Source of the DNA: Curvularia clavata
Lineage: Eukaryota
DNA length: 64,000 nucleotides
Assembly (NCBI GenBank): GCA_023920165.1
Contig: CP089277.1
Location: 620,001 to 684,000, forward strand
Reading direction: 5' to 3'
Below are positions 37,081-48,226 of the stretch, in pieces; position 1 is the first letter of the stretch; each line of letters opens with the position of its first letter. Made by a program: the position numbers and the translations under genes. The notes below the pieces were generated by a model. That model saw nothing but the letters and a program-made list of their open reading frames with translations, was not told the DNA's origin and made no database searches.

Positions 37081-38964
37081 ATGTGGCCAGCGTCCGGACG
37101 TGTAAGCTTTGCAGAGGTACCATGCCCTCAAGCTCTATCTTGCACACTTCCCAATTGTCTCTTTCGCCATCAAGCACCACCCCCTCAACCTCCAACAACA
37201 ACTGCGGCACGTGACCCTAAAACAATTGCAAAGCCCAATGCTATTGTAAATGTGCAGGCGTCCCAGGCGTCTGGCCTACCAGGTCTAGAGTCTGTCCAAA
37301 CTACTGGGTCGAGACCTGAGTCGAGAATGCTTGCTGCACCAAGGGCTCCCACTACGTCAAAGACTTCGACTGCATCGAAGACATCTACCGCACTGCAATC
37401 ATCTTTACCCAATTCGGCAACAGCCAAGCCCATAGTTAATTCTGACAAACCAGTTTCTTTGACGCCGAAACCTCTCCAAAAGGCTCCTGCAGGCTTCCCT
37501 AGGCGAGTGGTACTTTTACGGGCACTACATGCGGCTCTAAAAGTCCACAACGATAAGATTAGCAAAGCGAAGGATCCTGATATAAAGGCCCTTCACCTCA
37601 ACGAAAACCAGCTGAATCAGTTAGCAATCGATGAGGAAATAGAGATTGCCACATCGCGTCCATCCGTTTACGAAAACATACTAAAACAGCGGCTAGTAAA
37701 GCTCAAGAGCATGCGGCCAGAAGAATGGGTCAAGGAGAGGCGAGCAGCCATAGCGCCCGATGTAGCGCCCGATGACAAAGAAATTAAGACAGGCTTGAGC
37801 CCAGAAGACGAAGTCACCTACGTCCGCACAATCATGTGCGATCTGGACGATCTGGCTGCTTGTAAATATATCACTCGTTTACCAAGCGACGCAGAGGTGA
37901 ATGAGGCCCGTTTGACCCTCCATGCTGCCGCTGGATGGGAAATGTGTGACCGCTGCTCCACGCGTTTTCAGGTCTTTCCAGACCGAAACCAAGAAGGCAA
38001 ACTCACGACTGGTGGAGAGTGCAAGTTTCATTGGGGAAGACGCCACGGTCACGACAAGTATGACTGCTGTGGCCGAAACATGCACGACGCACACTGCGCC
38101 CGGCAAGACACTCATGTTTTCAGCCACAAAGACCCAAACAGCCTGTCGGTCGTCATGCCGTTTATTCACACACCCCCGAATGACAGTGTTCCGAGATCTT
38201 CGGCTGTGTCCTGTGATTGCGAGATGGGCTACACTACCAGGGGTTTCGAGATGCTCCGTCTTACCGTTCTATCATGGCCGCAGCATGAGCCGCTTATCGA
38301 CGTCCTCGTTCGTCCGTTTGGCACGATACTGGATTTCAATACCCGCTTCTCTGGTGTTACAAAAGACCAGTTCGTCAACGCCAAGGCATATGACCCGGCA
38401 AACCCTCGGCCAGTAGGCAAAGAACTACGTATTGTTGAATCGCCGTATGTAGCACGCGAGCTCTTCCTCTCGCATGTCTCACCCGAGACTCCCATTATAG
38501 GACATGGGCTTGAGAACGACCTCAAGGTTCTCCGTCTCATCCATCCAACCATTGTCGATACCGCCATTCTCTATAAGACAAGGAGACCCCTGCCTTTTCG
38601 TCTCAAACTGCGAGACCTCGCAAAACAAAATCTCGACCAAGATATTCAGCAGGCAGGCGAGGCTGGCCATGACAGCCATGAAGATTCCCGTGCAGCAGGC
38701 GAGTTGGTGAGACTCAAGGTCAAGAAACTGTGGGCAAAAGACAAGGAAGCTGGATTCGAGATCAGAGACGGTGCTGTGTGCCCGCCCTTGCCGACTTTGG
38801 ACCCTGGACCACCGCGTGGGTCTGGTCAACGACAGCAGCCACCGGTCGCTGACACGCGCTCAAAGGCCCCAACGGCCAACATGACAGGATCCACCAAGAG
38901 GAAGCTGGACGAGGACGGCGATGCCACTGAGCTGCCGGCCAAAAAGCCGGTGCAGAGGCCTTGA
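37081..38964 (+). CDS. REX3: RNA exonuclease 3 (DEDDh)
   Basis: N-terminal CP-C-C-H zinc motif, CDRCSTRFQVFP, CKFHWG, DCEMGYT, IGHGLENDL, IVDTA and HDSHED. Probable 5'-UTR intron 37006-37078. Confidence 0.92.
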   Translation: MWPASGRVSFAEVPCPQALSCTLPNCLFRHQAPPPQPPTTTAARDPKTIAKPNAIVNVQASQASGLPGLESVQTTGSRPESRMLAAPRAPTTSKTSTASKTSTALQSSLPNSATAKPIVNSDKPVSLTPKPLQKAPAGFPRRVVLLRALHAALKVHNDKISKAKDPDIKALHLNENQLNQLAIDEEIEIATSRPSVYENILKQRLVKLKSMRPEEWVKERRAAIAPDVAPDDKEIKTGLSPEDEVTYVRTIMCDLDDLAACKYITRLPSDAEVNEARLTLHAAAGWEMCDRCSTRFQVFPDRNQEGKLTTGGECKFHWGRRHGHDKYDCCGRNMHDAHCARQDTHVFSHKDPNSLSVVMPFIHTPPNDSVPRSSAVSCDCEMGYTTRGFEMLRLTVLSWPQHEPLIDVLVRPFGTILDFNTRFSGVTKDQFVNAKAYDPANPRPVGKELRIVESPYVARELFLSHVSPETPIIGHGLENDLKVLRLIHPTIVDTAILYKTRRPLPFRLKLRDLAKQNLDQDIQQAGEAGHDSHEDSRAAGELVRLKVKKLWAKDKEAGFEIRDGAVCPPLPTLDPGPPRGSGQRQQPPVADTRSKAPTANMTGSTKRKLDEDGDATELPAKKPVQRP

Positions 38965-39032
38965 AAAAAAGGAGATGATTTGTAAGAGTCGGAATTTGGT
39001 CCAGGAATTTTCATGTGTGACGCTGCTTACGC

Positions 39033-39203
39033 GGTCTTTATACATTTAGCATAGCCATGGGGTTTGGGTCTTTGAACTGCTTTTGCGGGAGGTCTTTGTA
39101 CGTTTAGCATAGCGACGGGGTCTTTCAGTCTTTCGACATCTTAGTCTCTTGATTTTACGGTCTTTCAATCTTTTTCGCACGTTTAGCATAGCGATGGGGT
39201 CTT
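39033..39203 (+). repeat. Three imperfect direct copies of ~(GGTCTTT)..C(A/G)TTTAGCATAGC(C/G)A(T/C)GGGGT in the REX3 3' region
   Basis: GCATAGC cores at 39049, 39107 and 39186, interspersed with several GGTCTTT/GTCTTT words. Confidence 0.8.
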
Positions 39204-39466
39204 CTCGGTTTTTTAGCCTTTTGGTCTTTGAAATGCACAGCTTAACTATACGTATTGAGTGTTTACGTATGCACTGTACGCCTATGTCCCCTTTTTACCT
39301 GTATAACTCTGTCTAATCCGTGCATGACATCTTGGTGATACCTTCGTTTGCTGCGTGCGCCGATACCTGTGCGCTAGCACTGTTTGCTTCCACTCACCCA
39401 AGTATAATGCTGGGTTTAGCTAATATCCTGTGATAGTATACATACCTCAATATTCCCTATCCTTCC

Positions 39467-39707
39467 ATCAATCAATCCTCACTTGTCTCAGTGGTCGGGT
39501 GGGCTTCTAGCACAGGGGCACTCGGTGGGTACCAAACCCCCCTCCCCCCCAAACATTCGAACTGCTATTGAGATTATAGGATAATAACCCACTCAGTGTC
39601 CCAGAGTAATGGGGTTGCTAAGCTAGAAGGGCAGCCGTCCAAAGTTCGAATCCGGACGGTTGCTGGAGCAACAAACGCTGAGATGAGTGAGAATTGATTG
39701 ATTTTTT
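39467..39707 (+). ncRNA. Candidate RNA polymerase III-transcribed structured ncRNA (~236 nt), family not recognised
   Basis: 27-bp terminal stem 39467-39493/39676-39702. A box TGGTCGGGTGG at 39492-39502 and B box GTTCGAATCC at 39644-39653. Three internal helices. T6 at 39702-39707 and T8 at 39711-39718. Confidence 0.75.
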
Positions 39708-39718
39708 GCCTTTTTTTT
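39702..39718 (+). terminator. Oligo-T Pol III terminator (T6 followed by T8)
   Basis: TTTTTT-GCC-TTTTTTTT immediately after the 3' arm of the terminal stem. Confidence 0.65.
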
Positions 39719-39942
39719 AACCGCAGTTTGATTTCGTCCTTTCTTCCCCCCAGCTTGAGCTACTTCCGAATGGTGAGCTTAAAGGGAGTGATACTTGTTT
39801 GGAGCTACAGACAGCAGCATGATTGTAGTGCTTGACGTATCCACGTCCTCTTGGTTGTCCATCTAGACCAATCATCCTCTGACGCCTTGTCCGCAAAACG
39901 TCTCCTCCATCAGTTTTATTGCTTCCAAGTTCTATCCCCCCC

Positions 39943-40364
39943 TCACCCAACCATACTCACGTCTAGCCCTTGCACGCCCTCGAGTCCTTCCTTGGTAGGC
40001 TCATACACGACGTCGGTATCTAGCTCCTTCATCACCGCAATCACGACACCCGCGCTCTCCACAAACCCATTGACCGCCACACGCAACATGCGGTTCGTCG
40101 TCGCCGCATAGTCTACCCTTAGCACAGATTGCTCTGTCGAGTCTGTGGGTGTAGCGAGTGTGAAGCGGCGGCGTACGAGGGGCGAGAGCTCCGCGTCAAC
40201 GGAGAGGGAGCGTTGTGCTGTTTGCGCGAGGTGTGCGGTTGGGAAGGGGATGTGAAGGGTGCTGGATGGGAGTTAGTGTACTGTTTAGTGTAGAGTGGGG
40301 TTTAGGGCTGAATGTACAGGGTGCAGGGGAAGTCTTCTGGCTTCCAGTCTTGTGTGGTTGCCAT
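39943..40364 (-). CDS. PCC1: KEOPS/EKC complex subunit Pcc1 (LAGE3 family)
   Basis: MATTQDWKPEDFPCTL, then intron 40262-40317, then TLHIPFPTAHLAQTAQRSLSVDAELSPLVRRRFT...LRVDYAATTNRMLRVAVNGF. Confidence 0.88.
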
Positions 40365-40877
40365 TGCGAATGGGCTGCGCGAGCACGGCAGGGTATGGAG
40401 ATGTGGGTTTAACAATCTCCAGAAATGAAGAGAAGACTTTGGCTGGATGTATGAGAATACTCAAAAGTTAAATCCTCGGACCAAGTATTGCAAGTGACAT
40501 GCGACTCTCGAGCCGCCGCCGACGTCGCCGCCCTAAACTTTGCCATGAGGCTTAAATCGCCAAAATGTGGGGGAGGGGCACCGCGTTTCTGCGCTGTCCG
40601 CAACGAGCATAGCGCCGATGCGCAACGCGCTATGGCCCGTCTGGTACCTTATTCGAAAGCGTCATACATCATCATTATCGAGTAGTTGTAGGGTACCATA
40701 ATGCGTCATGGTTCGTTCGCTAGTGATGTCGTATAGCTCGGTTCTGCTCTTGTCTCTCTCACCTTGCTTTCGCCAGCCTTGACGAGCTTTACTTTTTTTC
40801 TGAGGAATTGAACAATTAATCTACAACAAAACCAAAGACATCGCCTATAAACCAGCTGGAGAGCTCTAACACGCAAC

Positions 40878-41362
40878 ATGTTCCGCAGCACAATGTTTCG
40901 GTCTCCCATGCGGCTCTGTCCCAGCACCACCCGTCCCTTCTCGCTATCTGCCTCTCGACGCGTGCAACAGTACCCAAATGACCTGAGCACAAACTCAAAG
41001 ACCAAGACGGACCTGTACGACAGCGATAAACCGCATGCGGTGCAGGACAAGGTGAAGCAAGGCGATACGCACAATGTGCATGAGAGCAGTGCGAAGGCAG
41101 GCATGGAGTGAGTTTCTCTTTATCCATTTCACAAAAATCATCAGGAGGAGAGAGGGTGTGGGCAAGAATAGGGACATAGTAGATGTTTTCCAGAAGGGGA
41201 TGGCTAATGAAATATAGCAGTGCACACAAGGAGGGCCGAGGGGGCCATGCGACGGAGCGCAAGGATTCAGCTGGTGGAAAGGATACGGCCAAGAAAGAAT
41301 TTCCCGAGGCACCAGATCCGGCGATTGGCATGCAGGATGAGAGGGGTGGACGTGGTGGTTAA
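40878..41362 (+). CDS. Small hypothetical protein with mitochondrial-presequence-like N-terminus
   Basis: Arg/Ser-rich, acid-free N-terminus (MFRSTMFRSPMRLCPSTTRPFSLSASRR). Intron 41108-41220. C-terminal FPEAPDPAIGMQDERGG, with TAA ending at 41362. Confidence 0.75.
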
Positions 41363-42635
41363 GCTCTGAGCGATGGTTGAAGTGAAGGGAAATGCATAGG
41401 CAGCGCAGCGAGAGAAAATGAATAGGAAGGATATGATAGCGCTAGGAGATTGAAAATACTACATTCTGTACATTCGAGCGAGTATGCATCAATACAGATC
41501 ACGACAATTGAGATACGTAAGGTGGATAATTTGGTAGCAACGTGACTGATATCATAGCGTAACATGTATTCCCAGCCGTCTAACCCACATCCTACACTCC
41601 TTTGTACTTACCTAACTTGAAAACCTCCATTTCTCACAAGTTACCACTGAATACCCATCTCGTGTCCCGCATATTCGGCCTTCGTTGCCAGGACTAACAC
41701 TCACAACTGTGTGTATGGATAAACATAGCACATGCTGCATACACAAGCACATATACACATGTAGTACACACTGCCCAGCAGTACCATCTCACCTACCTAC
41801 TCGCTCGCACCGTGGTCCTCAAATTACCGAGCGCACGCCCATTATCGGGCCGAAAAGCGCGTCCCGCGAAACTGGGCTTGTTCGGAGGACTGGGGGCGGG
41901 CTGCACGCGAGGCGGATGGATCCCTTCCCGTAGAATCTATTCTTACATTTCATGCAGTTGCGGCATGCAGCGTGCATGGAAAGTATGTAGCACAGTACGT
42001 TTTAGTTGGTGTTCGGTGCGGCTTGGTGCAATGAGTGATCGACAGACGCGTAGGTAGAAGGTTGAAATGAACATGAAGAGAGAGTGGTTGTGGGATCAGC
42101 ACTGAAGCGGGTAAAATGACGTTATTTGCTTATCTTTTTGCTGTGAGGTTAGTGGACTGACAGTGGGGTATAGTTCGTTTTGCGGATAGGGGGTCGTGCG
42201 TGTTTGTTCAATGCACAGAGTCAGGTTCTGTAGGCGTTACTTCGGTGGCTTCCGTGAGAGGTAATCTTATTTTAATTCCCGTCCAATGGAAACAAGTTAT
42301 TCAAATGAAGAAACAAAAAAGCTCTATTCTGCAAGTGGTATCTGATGCTTTCACAATGGTTGGTTTTGGATCCTGCCCTCGTAATTGGTATAAGAAATGT
42401 TTGGGAAAAAAGTACAAAAGGGTACGTTGGATAAGCCTATCCAATACGCCTGCATACCCTGAATCGAAAAAAGAGAAAGAAACATGACCGTGTGTGCCGT
42501 TTCCGTGGTTGTTTCGTAACCAAGACGACTTCCAACTCCTGCCAACGCCTGTGATCGTATCCGTGTACTCGGCAGGCCTTGGGCGCTGTGCCGAGATGCG
42601 TGTGGTCGTAATCAAATCTAAAAGTACATGGTGTG

Positions 42636-44036
42636 TTATGCTCCTGAGACTGTGGTGACAGAGCTACCGTCCAGGGTTGTTTGTGGTGGATAGAAGGTAT
42701 TCTCGTGCGGCTTCTTTTCCTTGAGACACATGCCTTGGCGACCAACCTTTTCTTGAAGGTAGTGGAGGCGATCCATGTCGTCGTCGTCAAAGGCAAACGC
42801 GCCGTTCCAAAATCCGCAATCGATATTGGTTGTTTCGTTTCGATAGACGACCTGTGCTTGTGCTGCGCGGTCTACCGGCGGCAAGCCTGGCTTCTCGCCT
42901 TGTAGTGCGCTCAGCATGTCGATTTCGCTCATGCCTGGCATGTGGTGGAAGAGCTCCGAATTTAATGTCCAGCAGCGTAGGCCGGGGCTCGGGTATTTGC
43001 TCCGTAGGTTCGGGTTCTGCGAATCCTTGGAGCGCTGCCACTCGGGCGTGGGTGAGGGCGTGTTTTCTCCCTTGTTGCATGAGTGCAGAAGCGCGACATC
43101 AAAGGCGCGGGCTCCGTCTTTTTTGAGTTTTGGCGGCGCCAAATCATTCAAAAGTCGCTCGGCAGCTAAGCGGGTAACGGCGTATCCAAAGGAACACAGA
43201 GGTAGCTTGGAGCGGTGCATCACTCGCGTGCGTTCGGGCATACCTAGCAGGCGGAACAAAGATTGGGTAAAGGGATGCATGTCGAGCCACGATGGCAGCG
43301 TGGGGTCGTAGTAGAGCTTGTGTGCTAGGGTACTCAGGTTGTATGACTGGCGGTCCGTCTTGGGGCCGTCTTCTTCAATAACATCAAAATAGTCGCCGCA
43401 GTGGCCGAGGTACAGGACGTCCCATGCATCCTGGTCGCCCCAGTATTGGGTGCGGTTTGGGTTTTTGTTGATGTGCGGGTGGCGTGAGCGTACTGGGGGA
43501 AGGAGCTCGCGCGTGACACTTGCAGCGAGGGGAATTTGGACGCTGCGCAGCCGAATGTCCCAGTCGACGTCGTCTTCGAGGATGAGTGCTGTTTCTAAGC
43601 CAGAATCCAGGAACCTAAGGGCAGCGAATCAGTAGGTGGTTCATGGGGGAGATGCATGCCAAGCATACCAACGCAGGGCGTTGTGGTGGCCCAGCCAGGC
43701 TAGGATGGAACCTTTGACTGCATCGGGTTGGCCATTGATGAAGCGCTGGACGTCGCCTTCTGTCCACTCGGGCTGCTGGGGGATGGTGAGGTCGATGTCG
43801 GTAACGTTGGCGGCTTGGATGAGCGGGTGCCGACGCGAGGAGCCTTCTTTGGATACGACGACGACGGCGCCGAAGCCCAAGGTCCTGTTTGCTGGGGCTT
43901 TTATAGGCCGCGACTCAATCGACGACAGCCACTGGGTATATATGCGGTCAGAGTCTCTGCTGTGGTACCATATGCCAATGAAAACCAGGGCGATGAAGAG
44001 AAGCAGGGGCGCTGGGCGCTTCCTCGAGGCAAGCAT
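42636..44036 (-). CDS. Glycosyltransferase family 25-like type II membrane protein
   Basis: N-terminal TM, ANRTLGFG, AWLGHHNAL, ALILEDDVDWD, WDVLYLGHCG and PLCSFGYAVT. Intron 43615-43668. Confidence 0.85.
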
Positions 44037-45060
44037 GGTGGGCTAACGAGATGGACCGAATGCTGTGATGGCGCGTCGAGTATTATACATGTCCGCGAGG
44101 GGCAAAGGGGGCAGCAGAGAAGAGGGGCAAGGGGAGAGGGGCGCGGTGGCTAGAAGAACAAACGAGAAGACTGGGAGAGCATTGAAGAGCAAGGACGAGG
44201 GAGGCAGAGGTAGAAACAGAAACGGGCCCAAGGCGGGCGTGTGTGGGCAACGGGCATTTCTAACAGATGTCTGCCACAGGCGGCGGCGGCGAGCAGCAGA
44301 CGGGAGCTAGGCGGGGGTCCATGGCACAGACGCGGGCGTCCTGTAACCGCTGTAACAGGCTACTTTAGATTACCGGTCATGGCACGGGGATTGTCGTCAT
44401 TTCGCCCTGGTGGAGATGGATGCTCGCCAGGGCGGCGCGGTGCCGCCGTGTAACTGCCACTGCCACTGCAGCTGCGCGCCGAGCGCTTGCATCGCCGACG
44501 GCCAAGACATGGTGTTCCCGCTGGTTTGTTTCCTGGAGCAGGCCTTGTTTTTTTTGGTGTCGCGGGCTGGGGGCGTGGTGTTGCAGCGAGCCTGTATGCG
44601 ATAAAGTTACAGGACGATCAAAAGGACAGGGGGCCCGTGCGCCAGGCACACGCTAGCCGCCATGGCGCCGCACCGAAGACGACGACGTTGACGACGACGA
44701 CAACGATAACATGACCGACATGACGGCGAAGATCGCATCGCTCCCAGGTTGCCGTCGCACGGCTCCTCGTACTGTAGATGCACGGCATGCTGACGGTTGT
44801 GCAGCTGCATCGCCCCCGCGACTGGCCATGGCCGCTGTCGCCAACGGCTTTTGGCGTGGTAGTGTGTGACATGTCGCGCTGAAACTAGGCGTGCAGCCGG
44901 GCTCCTGGTCCTCCGCAGCGTTCCCCTTCCCGAGACCCTTTTTCCCTTCTCGACTTGCATCCTCCACAACACGGCCACAAGGGCGCACCACATACTATCC
45001 GCGAGCCCTCCTGCGCCTGCGCCTGCACCACATGCCCGCCCACTCGCTGTCCCGATACTA

Positions 45061-46955
45061 ATGGCCACGCTGGCTTCGCCCTCGCCCCCGTCCTCTCCGA
45101 ACAGAACAATGCGCCGCCGCACTTGGGCCCGCAAGGTCGAGCGCTATTGCTGTGTCGCCGTCACCTACTTCCCCCTCGTCTTTGTCTACGGCCTCACCTC
45201 CTGGGCCGTATGGGTGCAGGCGGGAATCGGCTTTGTGCCCTCGCAGAAGGCCTGGACGGGTACGTCGGCCTCCCCTTTCCACGGCTTACGCAACCTCCAA
45301 CCTGCAACTCGGCAGACATTGCACTGCACAGGCTAACTCTCCCGCCAGGAAAACTCTCGTCCACGCTCGGCATCTTCTTCTACCTCATGCTCAACTGGAG
45401 CTACACAACCGCCGTCTTCACTGATCCCGGCTCGCCCCTCAACATCAAGGATGGCTACAGCCACCTGCCCTCGCAAGAAGGCGGCGACATCCAGTACACG
45501 TCGTTTACCGTAAAGGCCTCGACCGGCGAACTTCGCTTCTGCAACAAGTGCCAGACCAAGAAACCCGATCGCTCCCACCACTGCTCCACCTGCAAGCGCT
45601 GCGTCCTGAAAATGGACCACCACTGTCCCTGGCTCGCTACCTGTGTCGGCCTCCGCAACTACAAGGCCTTTGTCCTCTTCCTCGTCTACCTCAGCATCTT
45701 CTGTTGGGTGTGCTTTGCCACTTCGGCCACATGGGTATGGAGCGAGATCCTCAGCGAGAGCGCATACACAGAGTCCTTTATGCCCGTCAACTACGTCTTG
45801 CTCGCTGTCCTCTCGGGTATTATCGGTGTCGTCATCACAGGATTCACGGCTTGGCATCTATGGCTTACCATCAAGGGTCAGACAACCATTGAGAGTTTGG
45901 AAAAGACACGTTATCTGTCTCCCCTGCGAAACACGATGAAACACCAACTCAACGACCGGAACTATATCGAGGCCCAGGAGAATGGACGGTTGAGTGTGAG
46001 CGAGCAACTACGCGAAATTCATGCAAATGCTCTACCAGGTGTCACCCGGCCCGAGGAAGGCGAGGCTCCGTCGCGCACCACCTCCCGCTCTCCTGTTCCT
46101 GGCCATGCTAACGGCTTTTCTCACCAATATCAATCGTACGAATATCGTGAGCGCCAACAACAGCAGGACCGTTACGACAGTTACCTCGACGAACGCGACA
46201 ATGAACAACTTCCCAACGCATTCGACCTCGGATGGAAACGTAATCTTCTCCATGTCTTTGGTCCTTCGCCGCTGAAGTGGTTTGTGCCCATTCCCAGTAC
46301 CACAGGCGATGGTTGGTCTTGGGAACCTAGTCCAAAGTGGCTGGCTGTACGCGAACGCATCAAGCGAGAGAGAGAACAAGAAGAAAGACTGCAGAAGCAG
46401 CGTGAGCGTGCTGCAGGTTGGGGTGTTGACTCTCCTACCGAGGCTGAGTTTAGGCGCCCCACTCGTGGTCCCGATGGATGGATGCCAGGTCAGCGCAGCC
46501 AGCCCGTCCCACGACCAGCAAGACGTCCCGAGTGGCAGGCGGGACTTCGCCACGGAGAACAGACTCGCTATCTCACCACTTCGAATGGCGTTGTAAAGGG
46601 TCCAATTGACGGCCGGAGAAGTCCCAGCAAAGCAGACCAAATCCTAGGACGAGACCGTGGTATGTACGCCGACCACGACGTCCAGCTCCAGCCCATCGAA
46701 CGCAAGAAATTCGATCCTTATAACTACACTTCCGACGATGACGATGACGACTACGACGTCTCGAGTGACGAGCAAGCCGCCGACCAGAAGAAAGCCCAGC
46801 AGACACAAACCATATCCGCACCGCCCAAGGGAACCTCCAATTGGAACGACATACCAGAAGGTTTCTTAGATCCTGCCCCGCAACGAAAAAAGACTCCTGC
46901 TCAAGATGCTCGTTCACAAAAGAAAACAGGTGACTGGGACGATTGGGCTGGATAG
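45061..46955 (+). CDS. PFA3: DHHC palmitoyltransferase Pfa3
   Basis: CNKC...KPDRSHHCSTCKRCVLKMDHHCPW, NYKAF, TTIE and FDLGWKRN motifs. Intron 45260-45348. Confidence 0.92.
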
Positions 46956-47309
46956 AAAAGTGCTACAAACATGATGTATGACACGGCTTAATGGATATGA
47001 CAAAAAGGCTCGTCGGGGGTTTAATTGTAAAATGTACTACTTTTTTGCATAGCATGAGGCGTAGGGCCATGGCGTTCTTTTTTAAATATGTTTGTTGCAT
47101 GGGGAGGGGGTGAGGACGAACTAAAAGATGTACGGAGGTCTTTTCTATATGAGAGAATAGATATATTCTTAATCAACTTTCAACATTCATTAATTGTGGG
47201 TGTGATACGGGTGGTGAGTACATCAGAGAGACGACACTTTTGGACAGGAAGCTGGTATTGGTGAAGAGATGTTCTTCATAGAATAGGAGGATTCTTTACC
47301 CATCTATCC

Positions 47310-48226
47310 TTACAACCTCGCCTTCTCATCCAACAACGGAATACCAACCGCCTCCTCCAACTCCCTGACCGCATCCTTCGTCTTGCCTAAATTAACCTTA
47401 ATGGTCCTCAATCCTGTCTGCTTTGCAAACTTCAGATTGATACCAATATCATCCAAAAACAGCGTATCCCCCGCTGTCACACCGCCCATTCCTCTCTTCT
47501 TCGCAATCTTATCCATCTCCCTCACCGCCAGCTTATACGCCTCTGGATCCGGCTTCCGTACCCCTACAGCCGCGGAGCCAAGGAATATATCGAAACACGT
47601 CGTGATATCCCCCGAGTCCTTCGCATATGGGTTCGGCGGTGGAGCATGCACAATCTCCTTTGTAAACAACTCGCCCTCGTCATCCAGAATGCCCGTCGGA
47701 AACGTAACATTATTGCTAAAAGCTCCAAGCACAAACTTGCCACTCTCGCCCAGCTTGCGCAGTGCAGGGTACATGTACGGATCCGGCGTGCGACTAATCT
47801 TCATCATGCGCCAAAATAGCTTCTTTGCGTCGATGTCGGGCACACTTGGGTTACCGCCTGCGACAGCCTGTCCTCCGCCGACGCTGCCCTGCTTCGCCAG
47901 TTTCTGCAGGTACTCGGACCATATTTCTGGGCGGGAGAGTTGCTGTTTGAATGCCGTGAACCAGGCGTCGTTTAGCTCGACTTCGCCGCGCTCAATGAGC
48001 TGCCATGCTCCTGTGTCGTGGGGGCCTTTTTGGATCGCGAAGTTGATGTAGCCGACAGGGATGCGGTTTTCAATTTCGTAGTCGAGGATGGCTTGGAAGG
48101 GGCTGACGACCTGGGGGGTTATGTTAGGGTTATATGGCTTGGACGTTGAGTGCTGGGAAGGGAGGTACGCACCACTACGCCGCCAATGTCGAAGAGGATT
48201 GCTTTGGGGGGGTTGGAAGGTGCCAT
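47310..48226 (-). CDS. HAD-superfamily hydrolase (soluble epoxide hydrolase N-terminal/ACAD10-like) with PTS1
   Basis: ILFDIGGVVVVSPF (intron 48111-48172), FSNN, RKPDP and FLDDIGINL. Ends in -ARL. Confidence 0.88.

Noticed and set aside
39531..39616. Telomerase RNA, because of the pseudoknot and TAACCC
   Set aside because: No full CCCTAA 1.5-repeat template, and known Pezizomycotina telomerase RNAs are much longer Pol II transcripts.
39492..39663. tRNA gene or intron-containing tRNA suggested by GTTCGAATCC
   Set aside because: No 7-bp acceptor stem, D arm or 5-bp T arm geometry. The B box sits in a 10-bp hairpin inside a 27-bp terminal stem.
39467..39702. MITE with terminal inverted repeats
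   Set aside because: No evident target-site duplication, and the nested helices, strand-biased G-U pairs and Pol III boxes fit an RNA gene better. Copy number cannot be checked here.
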